A program made the position numbers and the translations under genes. Of a stretch of DNA of 64,000 nt, positions 38,722-51,700 are shown in pieces. The stretch comes from Pseudovirgaria hyperparasitica. Lineage: Eukaryota. Within the stretch, counting starts at the first letter, position 1. Every line of letters begins with the position of its first letter. A model generated the notes under the pieces. It did no database searches. It saw only the letters and a list, made by a program, of their open reading frames with translations, and was not told where the DNA came from. The DNA lies in the NCBI GenBank assembly GCA_010093815.1, contig ML996568.1, one strand, 5' to 3'.

Positions 38722-41700
38722 ATGGAGAAGGGATGATAGGTGTTATAGGTAGACGCATTAGGCTAACCTTTAGTTAAGGTAATCCCTTAACTAATAACCT
38801 TACCCCTAGCGTCTCTACTAGTATATCTACTACTAGTAATAGTATAATAGGAGCTTAAAATAATAACCTAGTAACTCGTAGAGAGATACTTAACTTCTTC
38901 GTAGCATTTACGCGATAAGGAAGAATAGTATCTCTATCTACTCTAGCCCCTAAGCACTTTAAAGAAATAAACATTACGGCCTTCCTTCGGAAGTACGAGG
39001 ACATATATATAAACTATAAAGTTCCGCCTAATAAGAAGATAACCTCTCTACCGTTATACTACGAGGACTATCTCCGTTCTACTATTAAAGGAATAGATAG
39101 GTTTTAGAAATAGTAGTAGGCTATACTACGTGAAGAATTATTAAAGGAATTCTCTCTATTTAACTCCGCCCTTAAGGAAGGTACCATCCACTTTATCTAA
39201 AAATATATAGAAATGGTTAAAGTAGACCTATCCTACTCTCTCTCTATATACTACTCCTAGTATCGTATTATTACGGAGAAACTTACGGCTAAAGGAAGCC
39301 TAAGCTCGTATTTATAAATAGAGCTCTTCCTAGAAGGGCTATCTAATAGTCTTAAGGCTCGGGCTATAGAGAAATATTAACTTATAATAGAAGTATATAG
39401 TTATAACTAGGTAATTATCTATGGCTTCGTATCACGAAAGGCTAGAGCACTTAAGGAACTAGCTTATATTAATAAGTACTTAGCCGTATAAGAGCTAGCT
39501 ATAGCCATATACTATAAATTAAAGATAGGGAGTAAGAAGACTAGCTTAGAAGAGTAGTTATATAAAGAAAGAAGAACTAATAAATTTAGCTACCCCTCTC
39601 TAGTCGAAGTATATATCACGCTAGAATCGGATAAGTTTAACGAGATGGTAGAGAGATTTAGTAAACTAGACCTCACGTTAATTAAGATAAAGTCCTACTT
39701 TACCTCTAATCTCTTATTCCTATCTCTTAAGAAGTACGAACCTAAGCTACTTTCGGCTATTATTAACTAGTAGGCGCGAAGGCTAAATCTTTTAATACAC
39801 CTCTAAGTATAAGGCATGTCTATAGAACTAATATAAGTTTATCTATAGAATTATATATAGAATAGAGAATATATCTCTACCCGAGACTTCTAAGAAGGCG
39901 TTATAGTCTAGGATAGGCCTCGAAGACTAATTATATGCATTACGTACGGAGGAGATTACCTAATATATAGATGTCTAGAGATAGTAGGATACATTAGAGA
40001 CGGATTACTAAATATTAATAGGGTATAAGTATTCTAAGGGCGTTTTAGGGCGAACGGAGAAGAAATTCTATTACTACCCTTCTTAGTAGGGCTATAAGCT
40101 ACTCTATAAGCTATCCGGAACTATATAGTAACGGTTTAAAACGGCCTAAGCTAGTACGGAGGGGGAGTAAAGGTTTCTACGTCTATAGTAAATATTAACG
40201 CTTTATAGGGAGTACTAGTATATAGTATTAGTATAAAATCTATAAAGGGTCCCTACTAGGCCTTAGCGGATAGTGATTCGGAAGAAGAAGTTATATCGCC
40301 CGAGAGTAAGAAAGATAGATATATAGAATTCTATAAACGCTTCGACATAGCTAGTAATAGATATATCTATAAGGAAATAGCTCTAGAAGAGCCCGCTATA
40401 CTTATAATATCTAGAAGGGGGATTACGAAGAGTATACCTAATTATACTAAGGAAAGAAAGATTACCTATCTCCGCGGAATGCGTAAAGGGTAGTATATAA
40501 GAATTATTAAGGAATAGGAGGACGGTAAGAAGAGTAGCGACTAGAGAATATCTAAATAAGAGCTAACGGCGTCTAAGAATAAGATAGATAAAGGGGATAG
40601 CCTAAATTCTAGTTAAAAGGCACGTATCTAAGGCGTTAAGCTTAATAACTATCTACGCGAGGGATAGTAGCTAAGTATAGAAGCTAGTAAAGCATGGCTA
40701 GTGCGCGTTCTAGGGATAACTATAAATATTACTATTAGCGAACTATTAAGCCTTAATAGTAACTTACGTCATGCGGTATTCGAGAAGGGCGCCCCTAACT
40801 TTATAGCTAGAGAGGTCTACGAGACTTAAGAGGAGAGAGCTAAGAAGAAAGAAAGAAACGACTATACTATAGCTCCTAAGATAAATAAACTTAACGTATT
40901 AGTACCCCTCTATACTATAGGGATAGCTATTATATAATAAGATATTAATTAGCTTAAGGGAGGGATAGTAAGGCTAGTAGCTAAGTGTCTAAGGTACCCT
41001 ATGGAAGTTAGTTCTAAAAGGGTAACTAGTATAGTACTATTTAATAGTAGTACGTAGGTAAATAGTATTCGACTAGATACTATAAGGCGTCTTAGGCTAG
41101 TAATATCTTCGCTTCTACTATATATAAAGAACTCGAGTTTAGTTAGTACTACTTAGTATAGTACTCTATTCGTAGGAATAGTATAGTAATATCTAATCTA
41201 TATAGGTCGGATCGTTATAGCCACTTCGATATTTATATATAGCGAACTTAATTATAACCTTATCCTAGGGGAGCTATATACTAGGTAGGCCTTACTTACG
41301 GTATAGAGGTTAGCCTCTAGGTAAGTACTCTTAATAGTCTACTCTATATATAGATAAGAATATATAACCTTTAAAACTAGTCCGGACGAGTATATTCTAG
41401 TCTTAGAGAAGGAGGGTAACTCTATAGCTAGAGACTAACTATATAGCGGAGTATATCGCCAGAAGCCGGAGTTAAGCCGGATTATTAGTTAAGGGCTACC
41501 CTTAACTAATAATCCGTACTAAATAGGGTCCGGTAAACCTACTAATAAAGGGGATAGGATATATTTTTATATAGATATAGAAATAAGTTATATAGAGTTA
41601 CTTTCCGAGAAAATCCGGCCTAAAAATATTACTTAGTTATTAAGAAAAGATAACTTAGCCGCTCTAGTTACGGCGGTAAGGTATACTACCTTCGTATATA

Positions 41701-44700
41701 AATAAGGTACGATAATAGAATAGCTTATAGTAGGCTCTACCGGCCTCTAAAGACGGTATTTATCCGGGGTATTAAAGGGATTTAGTATAGCTACTATATA
41801 TAAAAGAAAGGGAGTTAAAGTATACCCTATAGATAACTCCGAAGCCTACCGAAAGGTCTCTAGGAATCTATTAGGGTATCTAGACTAGCGTGAATAAGTA
41901 ATCGTATAGTAGGTACTTCTTCCGGCCATCTACCTAGGCCTTAACGCGTTTAATAGGCTAATAGAGCCTTAAAGGGTAACTATCCTACTAGGAACACGTC
42001 TAACGCCTCTATATATAAGTTAGCTAAAGATTAGAATAGAGCTACGTCCCACGGAACTTAAGTTACTATATATAATCTTATTATATCGCGAGGAAGTACT
42101 AGTATAGGAATTCTTATACCTTAGTAAATTTAATAAAGAGGTGGTACCTCCGTAGAAGATCCGAACGGTAGAATATAAGGTATAGTAGACTAAGAACTTT
42201 AATATTCCTAGAGCCCTTTATAGGAAGGTACTTATAATTCTAAAAGAGCGTCTTAATAGCGGAAGGCTCGAGCCCTATAGTAGTCCTTATTAAAACGCCT
42301 ATTTTCTCGTAGAAAAGAAGAAGGAAGCTAATAAGGAACGAGATTATAGGTTAATTAATTCGGCGATAGAAATTAACCGAGTTACCATTCGTAATGCGGC
42401 TACGCTACCCTCGTATAAAGAATTCTTAGAGTACTTTACGGGGATAGCCGTCTTAATATTTACCGACTTCTTCTTAGAATATAATTAGATTCTATTAGTA
42501 GAGTATTACCGAGACTTAACGGGGTTTATAACGCCCCTAGAATTACTACGTAGGATAATATTACCTTAAGGGGCCACTAATTTAGTAGCTTAGTTCGTTA
42601 GAATTATATTAACTATTATATAAGAACATATCCCGGAGAGGGCTCTACTATTTCTAGATAACTTAGATATTAAAGGACCTACGACGAAATATAACTCTAA
42701 GGAGGCCCTACCTAGAATTCGTAGATATATTCTAGAATATTTAATTAACGTAGATAAGGTTCTCGCGGATATAGAGCGCGCCGGATACGCCCTAAGTAGT
42801 AAGAAGACTTAGTAGTATATTAAAGCCGCTAACGTTATAGGATACGTCTACGGTATTAAAGGGAGGCGACCGAGTAATAAAAAGGTTACTACTATTAGGG
42901 ACTAGAAACCCTATAAAAACACGACGAATATATAAGCCTTCCTTAGCGTTTATATATATTTCCGGATATAGATCCCCGGGTACGCTATTATTATATTATC
43001 ACTATTTATACTATTAAAGAATAAATCGGTCTAGTAGTAGATAGCTAAGGAGTAGACCTCGATAGACGCGCTAAAGATAGCTCTAACTACTACTCCCGTA
43101 CTAATAACGTTATAGTATAGGATAGATATAGAAGATATAATTCTAGTAGTAGACTCTAGTAACGTTAGGTGGGGGCTACGTTAATATAGGAGAACGAGAA
43201 TCGTAAATATTAGCTATCGCGGTATAATAGAGGAATATAGTTAAAAGCTAAGAGAAACTACGATACCGTGAAACTAGAGTACCGAGCCCTCCTCCACGCG
43301 TTATAGAAGTTCCAGTAATATCTCTATAGCACGTACTTTATTATAGAAATAGATATAAATACTCTAGTCGCTTAAATTAACTATACCGTAACTAACTTAC
43401 TAGGGGCGCTCGTTACTAGGTGGCTCGTATAGATTTAGCTATAGAACTTTATAGTTAGGCACGTACCTAGGAAGCGTAATATAGTCGCTAATAGTATCTT
43501 ACGGATACACGAAGGAGAAGAACTACTAGATATCTCTAGCTTTAACCTAGACGAGTTCGTGGATATGGCTCTATATATAGACGTGCTAGAGACGTTATTA
43601 ATTAAGTCTATTAGCGGGAGAGATTACACGATAGAGACACTCGACTATACCGCTATTAAGTCTCCCTTAATAGATGAATATAGCGATAAATAATAGAGGA
43701 TTACGAAGTATCTTACTATACTTAAGAGGCTAACTAACCTAACCGACCGAGCGTATAAGGCCTTTATAACCGACTACCTAAAGTTCCTTATACGTAACCG
43801 AATACTCTAGTAGAGAGAAGATAGGTATCACTAATATATACGAGTAATTAAGAATCCGAATACTAGGGCGCGTATAATTACTACCACTTATAACGAGATA
43901 GATTATAGAGGTAGCGAAGGGACCCTCGGAAGGATTAAGAATAAGTATTAGTAGATAGATATACGTAGAGACGTGCGATAGTATATGAAAACCTATAACG
44001 AATATTAATAATGAAGTAAGCTCCTCGGAGGTCTTAATAAAGGGCTCTACTACATTATAATACCTATTCTTTAGTAAAGAATATACTTAGACGTAACGAT
44101 ACTACTATCTTCTATAGAGTATAGTAAAGTAGTATCTATACGAGAATAGCTAAGCGGATAGACTAAGGCGGAGGCATATACGGTAGCTATATCCATAGTT
44201 ATCGTAAAGTTCCTCTTTAAGAACGTAATCTATAGATATAGAATCATTCCTAAAATCATCTATAACGGTAGTAGAGAAAATATAGGTGCCATAGAGGAGC
44301 TCCTCTAACTCTATAGAATTTATTAGAAGGTTACGTCTACGTATAATCCCCGAGTAAATAGAATTATTAAGAGAAGTTTTATACTACTTACTAATGCTCT
44401 CGCGAAGATAACTAATAGTAGATTTAAGAACTAGCCTAACTACCTCTATACGGTCGTCTAGGTAGATAGAATAACGATACGTGCTAGTATAGGGTATAGT
44501 ACTATATATCTCGTACTCGGCTATAAACCAATTATACCTATTAAAGTCGAATTCGAGTCGCTCCGAATACTCCCTTAGGATAAGGTATAATCGACGTCTA
44601 ACTTACTCGCTCTTTAAGCTAGATAACTTAAGAGAAGATCCGAGGATCTTAAGGAGGCCTATATCTACGCGATACGAACGCGTAAGGAATTAAAAGAGGC

Positions 44701-45130
44701 ATGGAATAACGACTATTACCTTCGTTAAGAGTCGTTACTAGTCGATATAATTATCCTTCTATATAACTTATAGTAATAGAAGAATATAGGGCGGAAGCTA
44801 AGGTAGTATTAGAGGGGGCTATATAGAATCCAATCCGTGTTTAATTATACTTATAAGCTCGTAGAGCTTAATAGAGCTATACTTAGAGGGACGTTTCCTA
44901 GCCATAGGTTAAAGAAATATTTCATAAGAAATGTAAGTAACGAGAGTTATAACGAGCCCTTATAACTACTAATTAGAAGAATTACTAAGGAAAATAAGGA
45001 GAGTAGCGATAAGGAAAACTATTATAAATAACTCATGGAATACCTCGACGACGCCATACGAACCCGGGTAGAAGTAGTAATTTCTACTCCGTAAGGCTTT
45101 AATAGAGAGGAATATTTACGTTTCCCTAGA
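38722..45130 (+). pseudogene. pol: RIPed gag-pol of F2 (PR, RT, RNase H, IN; no chromodomain seen)
   Basis: Protease VLF(D)S(G)AQV (~41035); RT LP(Q)GATN and FLD(D) (~42560-42665); RNase H VVDSS..GWG (~43145); integrase GPY-like (~44815). Boundaries approximate. Confidence 0.92.
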
Positions 45131-45477
45131 ATCGACATCTCCTTCTAGGGGATAGAAGTTTTTTTAAGGAGGGAAGGGATACTTATAAAAGTAGTCTTAT
45201 AATAATAAACTCTATTATCGAAAGAGGATAATAAACCCTATTATTACTATAAAATAATAAAACCTATTATTAAAGTAAGTAATGCTCGAAAGAAGACATA
45301 ATGGCGTTTACGCGAAATTCCACCTACCATACATTAAAACTAGTTATATAATTAAAGCCTACCTATCGAAGGCCTATTTCGTTACTATAGAACGGGCCCT
45401 ATTAGAAACTAATAAGGAAGAAAAGAAGGAGGAGGTATAAGAGAAAAAGATACTTATAGAAAGTCTTATAAGGATAA

Positions 45478-45582
45478 GAATATACCTAGTATCTATTCAT
45501 TTATAGATTCCGCTATATACCCGGTAGATATATTTATTTATAGATTTCCTATATACCTAGTATATATTTATTCATAGATTTA
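45478..45582. repeat. Three ~35-bp tandem repeats upstream of the F passenger ORF (also ~25095-25197 in F1)
   Basis: Unit ~ATATACCCGGTATATATTCATTCATAGATT(CC), three times. Confidence 0.8.
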
Positions 45583-45803
45583 ATACGTATACGGGCCTAC
45601 GGCCGTTAGTAAGAATTATTTATAAAAATTACTATATACCTAGCATTCGAGGAGGCATAAAAAGAGAACTTAAGATAGTATATAACTCTTCCCTCTTACA
45701 CCTCTCTATACCTCCTTAATTAATAAAACCTTCTCCTCTACTTCCGCCTCGCTTAAACTATCTCTCCTTAGAATATAACTTACTAATAGAACTAATAATA
45801 ATA

Positions 45804-48760
45804 ATAGCCCCGCTAAAGAAGAAAACGCCTACCTATAAAGAGTTATAAGATCGTTAAGCACTAATAAGATAGACGCGGTTCTAGTTAAGAGTCGTAAGTA
45901 CTAAAGTAGGGCTATTAACGGCTATCGTGGTATTAAGGCCATCTACTACTCCGTATAGATAGGCTATAGAAGCTACGGAAATAAATAAGTCTACTATTAA
46001 CCGAATTATCGCTATCTAGGACCCGTAAGAGCGATAGAACTATATTCTAGATATATTTAATAATCTTCTTCACATTACCAGCCTCGTAGAATAGCTCTTA
46101 AGTAGTATAGTTAACCTCTTCTAGAAAGTAGGAGCCGTAATAGGGTATAGTAAGGTAAAGATTAACTCCTCTATTCCGAAAGAAGTCCATGAGATAATTT
46201 ATTATAGAAGAGATACTAACTCCCGCATCCTAAAAGCTAAAAATATAATCCTATAAAACTAGCGAAAAGACCTCCCTAATAATAATAGCTAGTTACTCTA
46301 ATCCGCCCTCGGATAGCTCTAGTAAACATAGAACTTTATAGAAAAGCTAGTAGCGCTCTTACGAGTGCGAATATAGGCGAGAGTAAGGAACTAGTTAAAC
46401 GTATCTCTATAGTTCTAAATCGGCTAGGGATAGAAGAGAAGGGGAATTAAGGTATATCTTTAGAGCTCTAATATTAATACTACCCTAGCTAGCAATAGTA
46501 ATAAGGACGGCCTATCTCTCTAGTAACTCTCGAACTACCCTAGCTAATAAAATGAACTAACGTTCTATAATAAGACGGGACTTATTATCCCCGCTAGTTA
46601 ATAGTCACGGATAAGTAGAATGGTTCATAGGCCCGTTAAATACTACCTATAAATTAAAGAGATAAGTATATCGCCTCTGTCTTAGACCTTACCGTCGCTA
46701 AAACTAGCGTAGGTAACGCCCGTAGTAAAGTCCCCTCTATAAAGCACGCCTTCTAGTTTAGTAGTACGTCGTCTCTTTAAAGCTAGTCGTCTATTCGAAG
46801 TAAGTATTTCTCCTACTACTACTAGTAAACGTCCCTTACCGGGCCATGCGAGAACGTCTTTAGTACCCGTTATAGCTACGCCGATAAAACCTACTCGCGG
46901 ACATGCCTTATCTACTAGCCCTTAGTAATTACTAGAGGCGTCTATATAATAATCCCCGGTTATTCTTAGTTCGCACCCTAAGATAATAGCATTAGTCGAG
47001 AAAGAGGACGAGCCTAAGAAGTATTAATGCGCGCCTTTAGTGACGAAGACTTTTAAGATAGCTATATTATTAAAGAAGAATTTCACGAGTATTAAGGGAA
47101 TGGCCCTACTAGTACGCTAGAAAGCGTAGATAGGTAACATAGCTATTCCGTATAAAGTCTACTATAAGTATTACTAAGACGTGGCTAGAAAGAATAATAT
47201 ACTCGTTAGCGTGTTCTACTTAAACCTAGTAGCGAGACTTAAAATAGTATATAAGTTTAGAGATAACGTAGGGGCCCTTAAAGTTTATAAGGACTACTAT
47301 ACCTGGTTCGCGAAGTACGCGCGGCCACCTTATCCGATAGAGGTATTAGATATCTATTATTACTAGGCCCTAGAGACCCTAAAGCAAGTTATTAATATTA
47401 AAACCATCCTTACTAGTATTATATTTATAATTTAGAAGGAGAACGGTAGAATAGGTAGATAACTCTTCGACGAGTAGGAACGTACTAGAAGTATTAATAT
47501 TAAAGGGCTCTTCGAGCCACTTAAAAAGACGACCTCTATACTTAATAAAAGTATTCTAGAACTCGCGAGGGATAAATTTAATATATATAAGTACTACCAG
47601 CGTATGTTTAATAAGAAATCGAACTACGGCTGGCTATAAACTATATACCACTCCTATATCTAATAGTTTATTAGGTAATATCTACTTTACTAGCTTACCT
47701 ATATCGCTCTTCGGCCTAATCTTAACTACTATCTAATCTCGTACCCGTACTATATGAAGTCCTAGAATAGGGGCGATAAGACGGGTTTTAAGTATCTTAA
47801 TAACGCTATTAATCGAATTCTCGATTCTAGTAATAGACACGAGTTTAATATAATCTAGGGGAGCATTAGTCTCGACGACGAACGAAGTAACGACTATACT
47901 ATAATCATTCCCCGCTCCTATAAGTTCTTAAATAAATAGTAGTTAAAGGCTAAGCTCCGCGAGGGGGTCAATCGAAACGGTATAATCACGGCTATTAATA
48001 ATAAGATCTATAATATAGATGATAGGAAACGATTTAGTCCCTTTGTCCCGGTCCCCTACCAGTCCCTTAAAGTACGTATCTCTAGTCTACTAATAATATA
48101 CGGCGCCTAGGGTCCCGTAAAGGGTGGAAGACGTATAATACTTCTATAGTATATCGCGATTAGCCCTAATTACATAATAATAGAAGTGCCTAAAATAGGT
48201 ATATAGGAATAACTTATAGTAGCTCATAGGAATTTAACTCCGGGACCCACGTCTCCGTTAGGATTTTCTAATAAATATAGCGCGATTCCTTTTACCTTCC
48301 TAGCCGTAGTTTAACTCCCGAGTTTTAACGCCGTTAGTAACGTATTAGTCGGCCGTAAAAGATAGAACAGCTAGAAGGTAAAAGAAGAGGTAGCTGCGTG
48401 GCTTAACGTAAGTCCTTAATAACTTAAAGCCAAGGTAGACGCCTAGTTTAAGGAGGGCTCGAGGGTATTCGTGGAGACCTTTAAGAAAATAGTAAGGTAG
48501 AAAAGGCTAGTCTATAGGGATAGGTCGTTCTAGAAGGAATTTAATAAGGCGCACGCCGCTAAGCGGCTAATTAATTTTAAGAAATTCGAGTCCAACGCGG
48601 GCCTAGATAACGTCAAAGAGAACTTCTACAGATAGAAGAGGCCTAATAAACTATCCAACAAGGAGGAATCTAACCTCTCTAAGATAAGTAACACAATTCT
48701 TTAGGAGCTGGCTCACGACCTCAAGTACTAAGATTAGGCGCCTAAAAACCTACCTAATTA
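45804..48760 (+). pseudogene. Passenger ORF of F2 (~980 codons), putative 2OG-Fe(II) dioxygenase, PhyH-like
   Basis: Start-like ATA(G) GCC CCG CTA AAG AAG AAA at 45804 is in the same frame as ORF-track 47181-47366. In the translated part (47181 onward) stops are TAA/TAG, as RIP produces. HxD at 47793-47801, H at 48099, RR at 48129-48134. Confidence 0.72.
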
Positions 48761-51700
48761 TTAGTTAAGGGCTACCCTTAACTAATAATCCGGGCTAAGG
48801 TTTACCCGCGCCGAGAGGTTTACTAGGGGCGTATTTTATTTATATTAAGGTCTTTCTTTTAGGCGTTCTTCACACGGTTTCTTACACGGTTACTATACTA
48901 CTAAGGGTAGTAGTTCTATAGGGCCGGGGAGGTATATATAGAAGGCCGCTCCTATAGCCCTATATATATATGTCCCTAGCTCGATTATATAGCTTATTAT
49001 ATATTTAAGGAGGGCGTTTTCCTTGGTCATTCTACTCGGCACGCTTCCCCCATTACTAATATTCGATAATTCGATCTTTCCTTACGTTTATAGGCCTCTA
49101 TAGGTATTAATTATTAGGCTTAGCTATTAATGAATTAATTAAGAGTATTATATAGACCCGTCCTATCGTAAAAGAGAACTAATAAGAAGTCGTGCGTTCA
49201 AAGAGAACTTATAATACCTAGGAGAGATACTTATGAGTTCGTCGCGACTACTATACTAAGAATACAACCATTTATAAAAGGGACATACGTGGCGATAGCT
49301 CATTATACTACGTTCTAGGTTCGCCTAGAAGGGCGTAACATCTATTATACTATAACGACTATTATTATACGCGAATTCTACTATACTTAGTAGAGAGGCC
49401 TAGTTATCTTATTTAAAATTATAGAATGTACGAAGGTAGGCCTTAAGCGTTTGATTCTATCGCTCTATCTAACTATCTATTTATAGATGGAATACTATTA
49501 ATATGTTTCTATTTATACCGGCCATTTCGTAGAATAACGTCTAGAATTTAGACATAAATATACTCCCTCGGTCTATAACGATCCTTTTTAGTATACTATA
49601 GACCTTAATAATCTTATTCTAGAATACTTATACTAGTTCTTTTAATATAATTATCTTCTATATAGGGACGTACCTAGATATCTTTATAAGTCTATCTACG
49701 ATAATAAGAATTAAATTATAACTTATTCTAAGCATCTTACTTAGAGGTAAGTTAACTATAAAATCTATAGTAATATCTTCCTATATAAAGAGGGGGACTA
49801 GTAGAGGCTATAAGTTCCTATATAGCTTATGCCTAGGTACCTTTATTCTTTAATAAATCGGATAAGTAGCTATCTATTCTTTAACGTACTTAGATATATC
49901 TTTCTAAAAATAGTACTAACAAATCGAGCTTAGAGTGCGTATATACCCGAAATATTCTACTAGGTTAGCGTTATAGTATCGGCTAACTACGGTAAATCGT
50001 GCGTTACCCGTCGGTATATAGTACTTTCTATCGTAGTAGAGTAAGCCGTCTACGAAGGTCTACTTATAGTCTACTTTAGTCTATAATAACCTATCTTACT
50101 ATATTTTACGTAACTTTAAAACTATCGGGTCTATCTTTTATAGATCCACGATTAACTAGGCGAGGTCTACTTAATATATACGCCGGGCACCATTACCCTC
50201 CCTAATAGCGCTAATAAATAGCTCGCTAGGGACTTCGGTACCGCGTCTTTAGTTACTAGCTTTGGTCTTATAAATTCAATTACTAGCATTAGTATTAGTA
50301 TCTCGCTAATTATTAGATAACTTATTATCTAACCTCGTCCTTAAGAGTTAGGCCTATAGCTACTCTAGAACCCTATAGCTACTATAATCCTAGGCGCCTT
50401 CTTTATAGTTAGGTCTTCTTAATATTCTATTAGCTAGGTTTATACTTCTAGGTTTATGGTAGATTATAAAGTAGAAATTTATAAGCTACTTAGCCTATCG
50501 AATCTATCGACGATTTAAAACCGTTATACTTATAAACCCCTTTAAGTTATAGTAATTAGTTAGTAACTTAACGTTATATATAGTATCTTTAAGATAATAT
50601 CGCTACTACTTAAACGACTCTACTATTACTAGTAGCTCTTAGTTATAAATAGTATATCTAGTCTTAACGTCGGCTATCTTACGCGAGAAGAACGTAACTA
50701 GATACTATTAGACCTTTTTAGACTCTATTAGTCTAGGCTAGAAGAGTATACCTAAGATTATAAATTCTAATATATTAGTTTCGACGCGAATAGGTTTAAT
50801 TAGATCGAAGTACACTAGTAATAGGGCGGTTATAAATGCTTCTTTAATCTTCTTAAAGGATGTTCTTTCGACCTTAGTTAATTTAATAGATTATGATTTA
50901 ATATTACGCTATTTCTATCTACCACGGACCGTAATAGACGAGTTAGTAGTAGTAGTATACGTATTAAGTAGTGCGGCTAAACGGGAGAAGTATTTAATAA
51001 ATTTTCGGTAGTAGTTAGCGAAGCTAATAAAAGACACGTATATCTCAAATAGATTTTAGTTTAGGCTAGTCCATAATAGTAGTAACTCTATCTCTCTCTA
51101 TAGTTATACCTTAATTAGTAATAACGAAGCTAAGAAAGTTAATATGGTTCTAATGGAACTCGCATTTAGATAGCTTAATATATAGCTTATACTTTTCTAG
51201 CCTATCTAGAACTATACGTACGTGCTAGATATACTCCTTCTTATTATCTAAGAAGATAAGGATATTATCTAGGTATACGATATATATCGTGTCGAGTAGG
51301 CCTACTAGCGCGTTATTAATATATGCTTAGAAGGTGTCTAGCGCGTTAGTTAGTCTAAAAGGGACTATAGTATACTTAAAGTATCTATAACGGGTTCTAA
51401 AAGCCGTTTTCCATTCGTTATCTTTCTTAATATAAAGGCGATAGTAGGCGTTACGTAGATCGAGCTTAGTAAAGATCTTTACGCGTTCTAGTCTATCGAT
51501 AGACTCGGAGATAAGAGATAGTAGATAACGATTCTTTCGCGTAATATTATTTAGGCTATAGTAGTTAATATATAGACGGAGGCTCCTATCCTTCTTCTTT
51601 ATAAAGAGGATTAGAGCTCCGGCTAGGGATATACTAGGCCTAATCTATTCTTATATAAGGTTCTTTTCGATATATTCTTAAAGGGCTTATAACTTAGGTT

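Larger units (their letters stand above)
37895..49307 (+). mobile_element. Full-length Ty3/Gypsy element F2 (11.4 kb; LTRs 37895-38265 and 48937-49307)
   Basis: 4-bp TSD CTAC (37891-37894 / 49308-49311); empty site AGACTACGT in D1 at ~15712; PPT GGGCCGGGGAGG before the 3' LTR. Confidence 0.96.
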
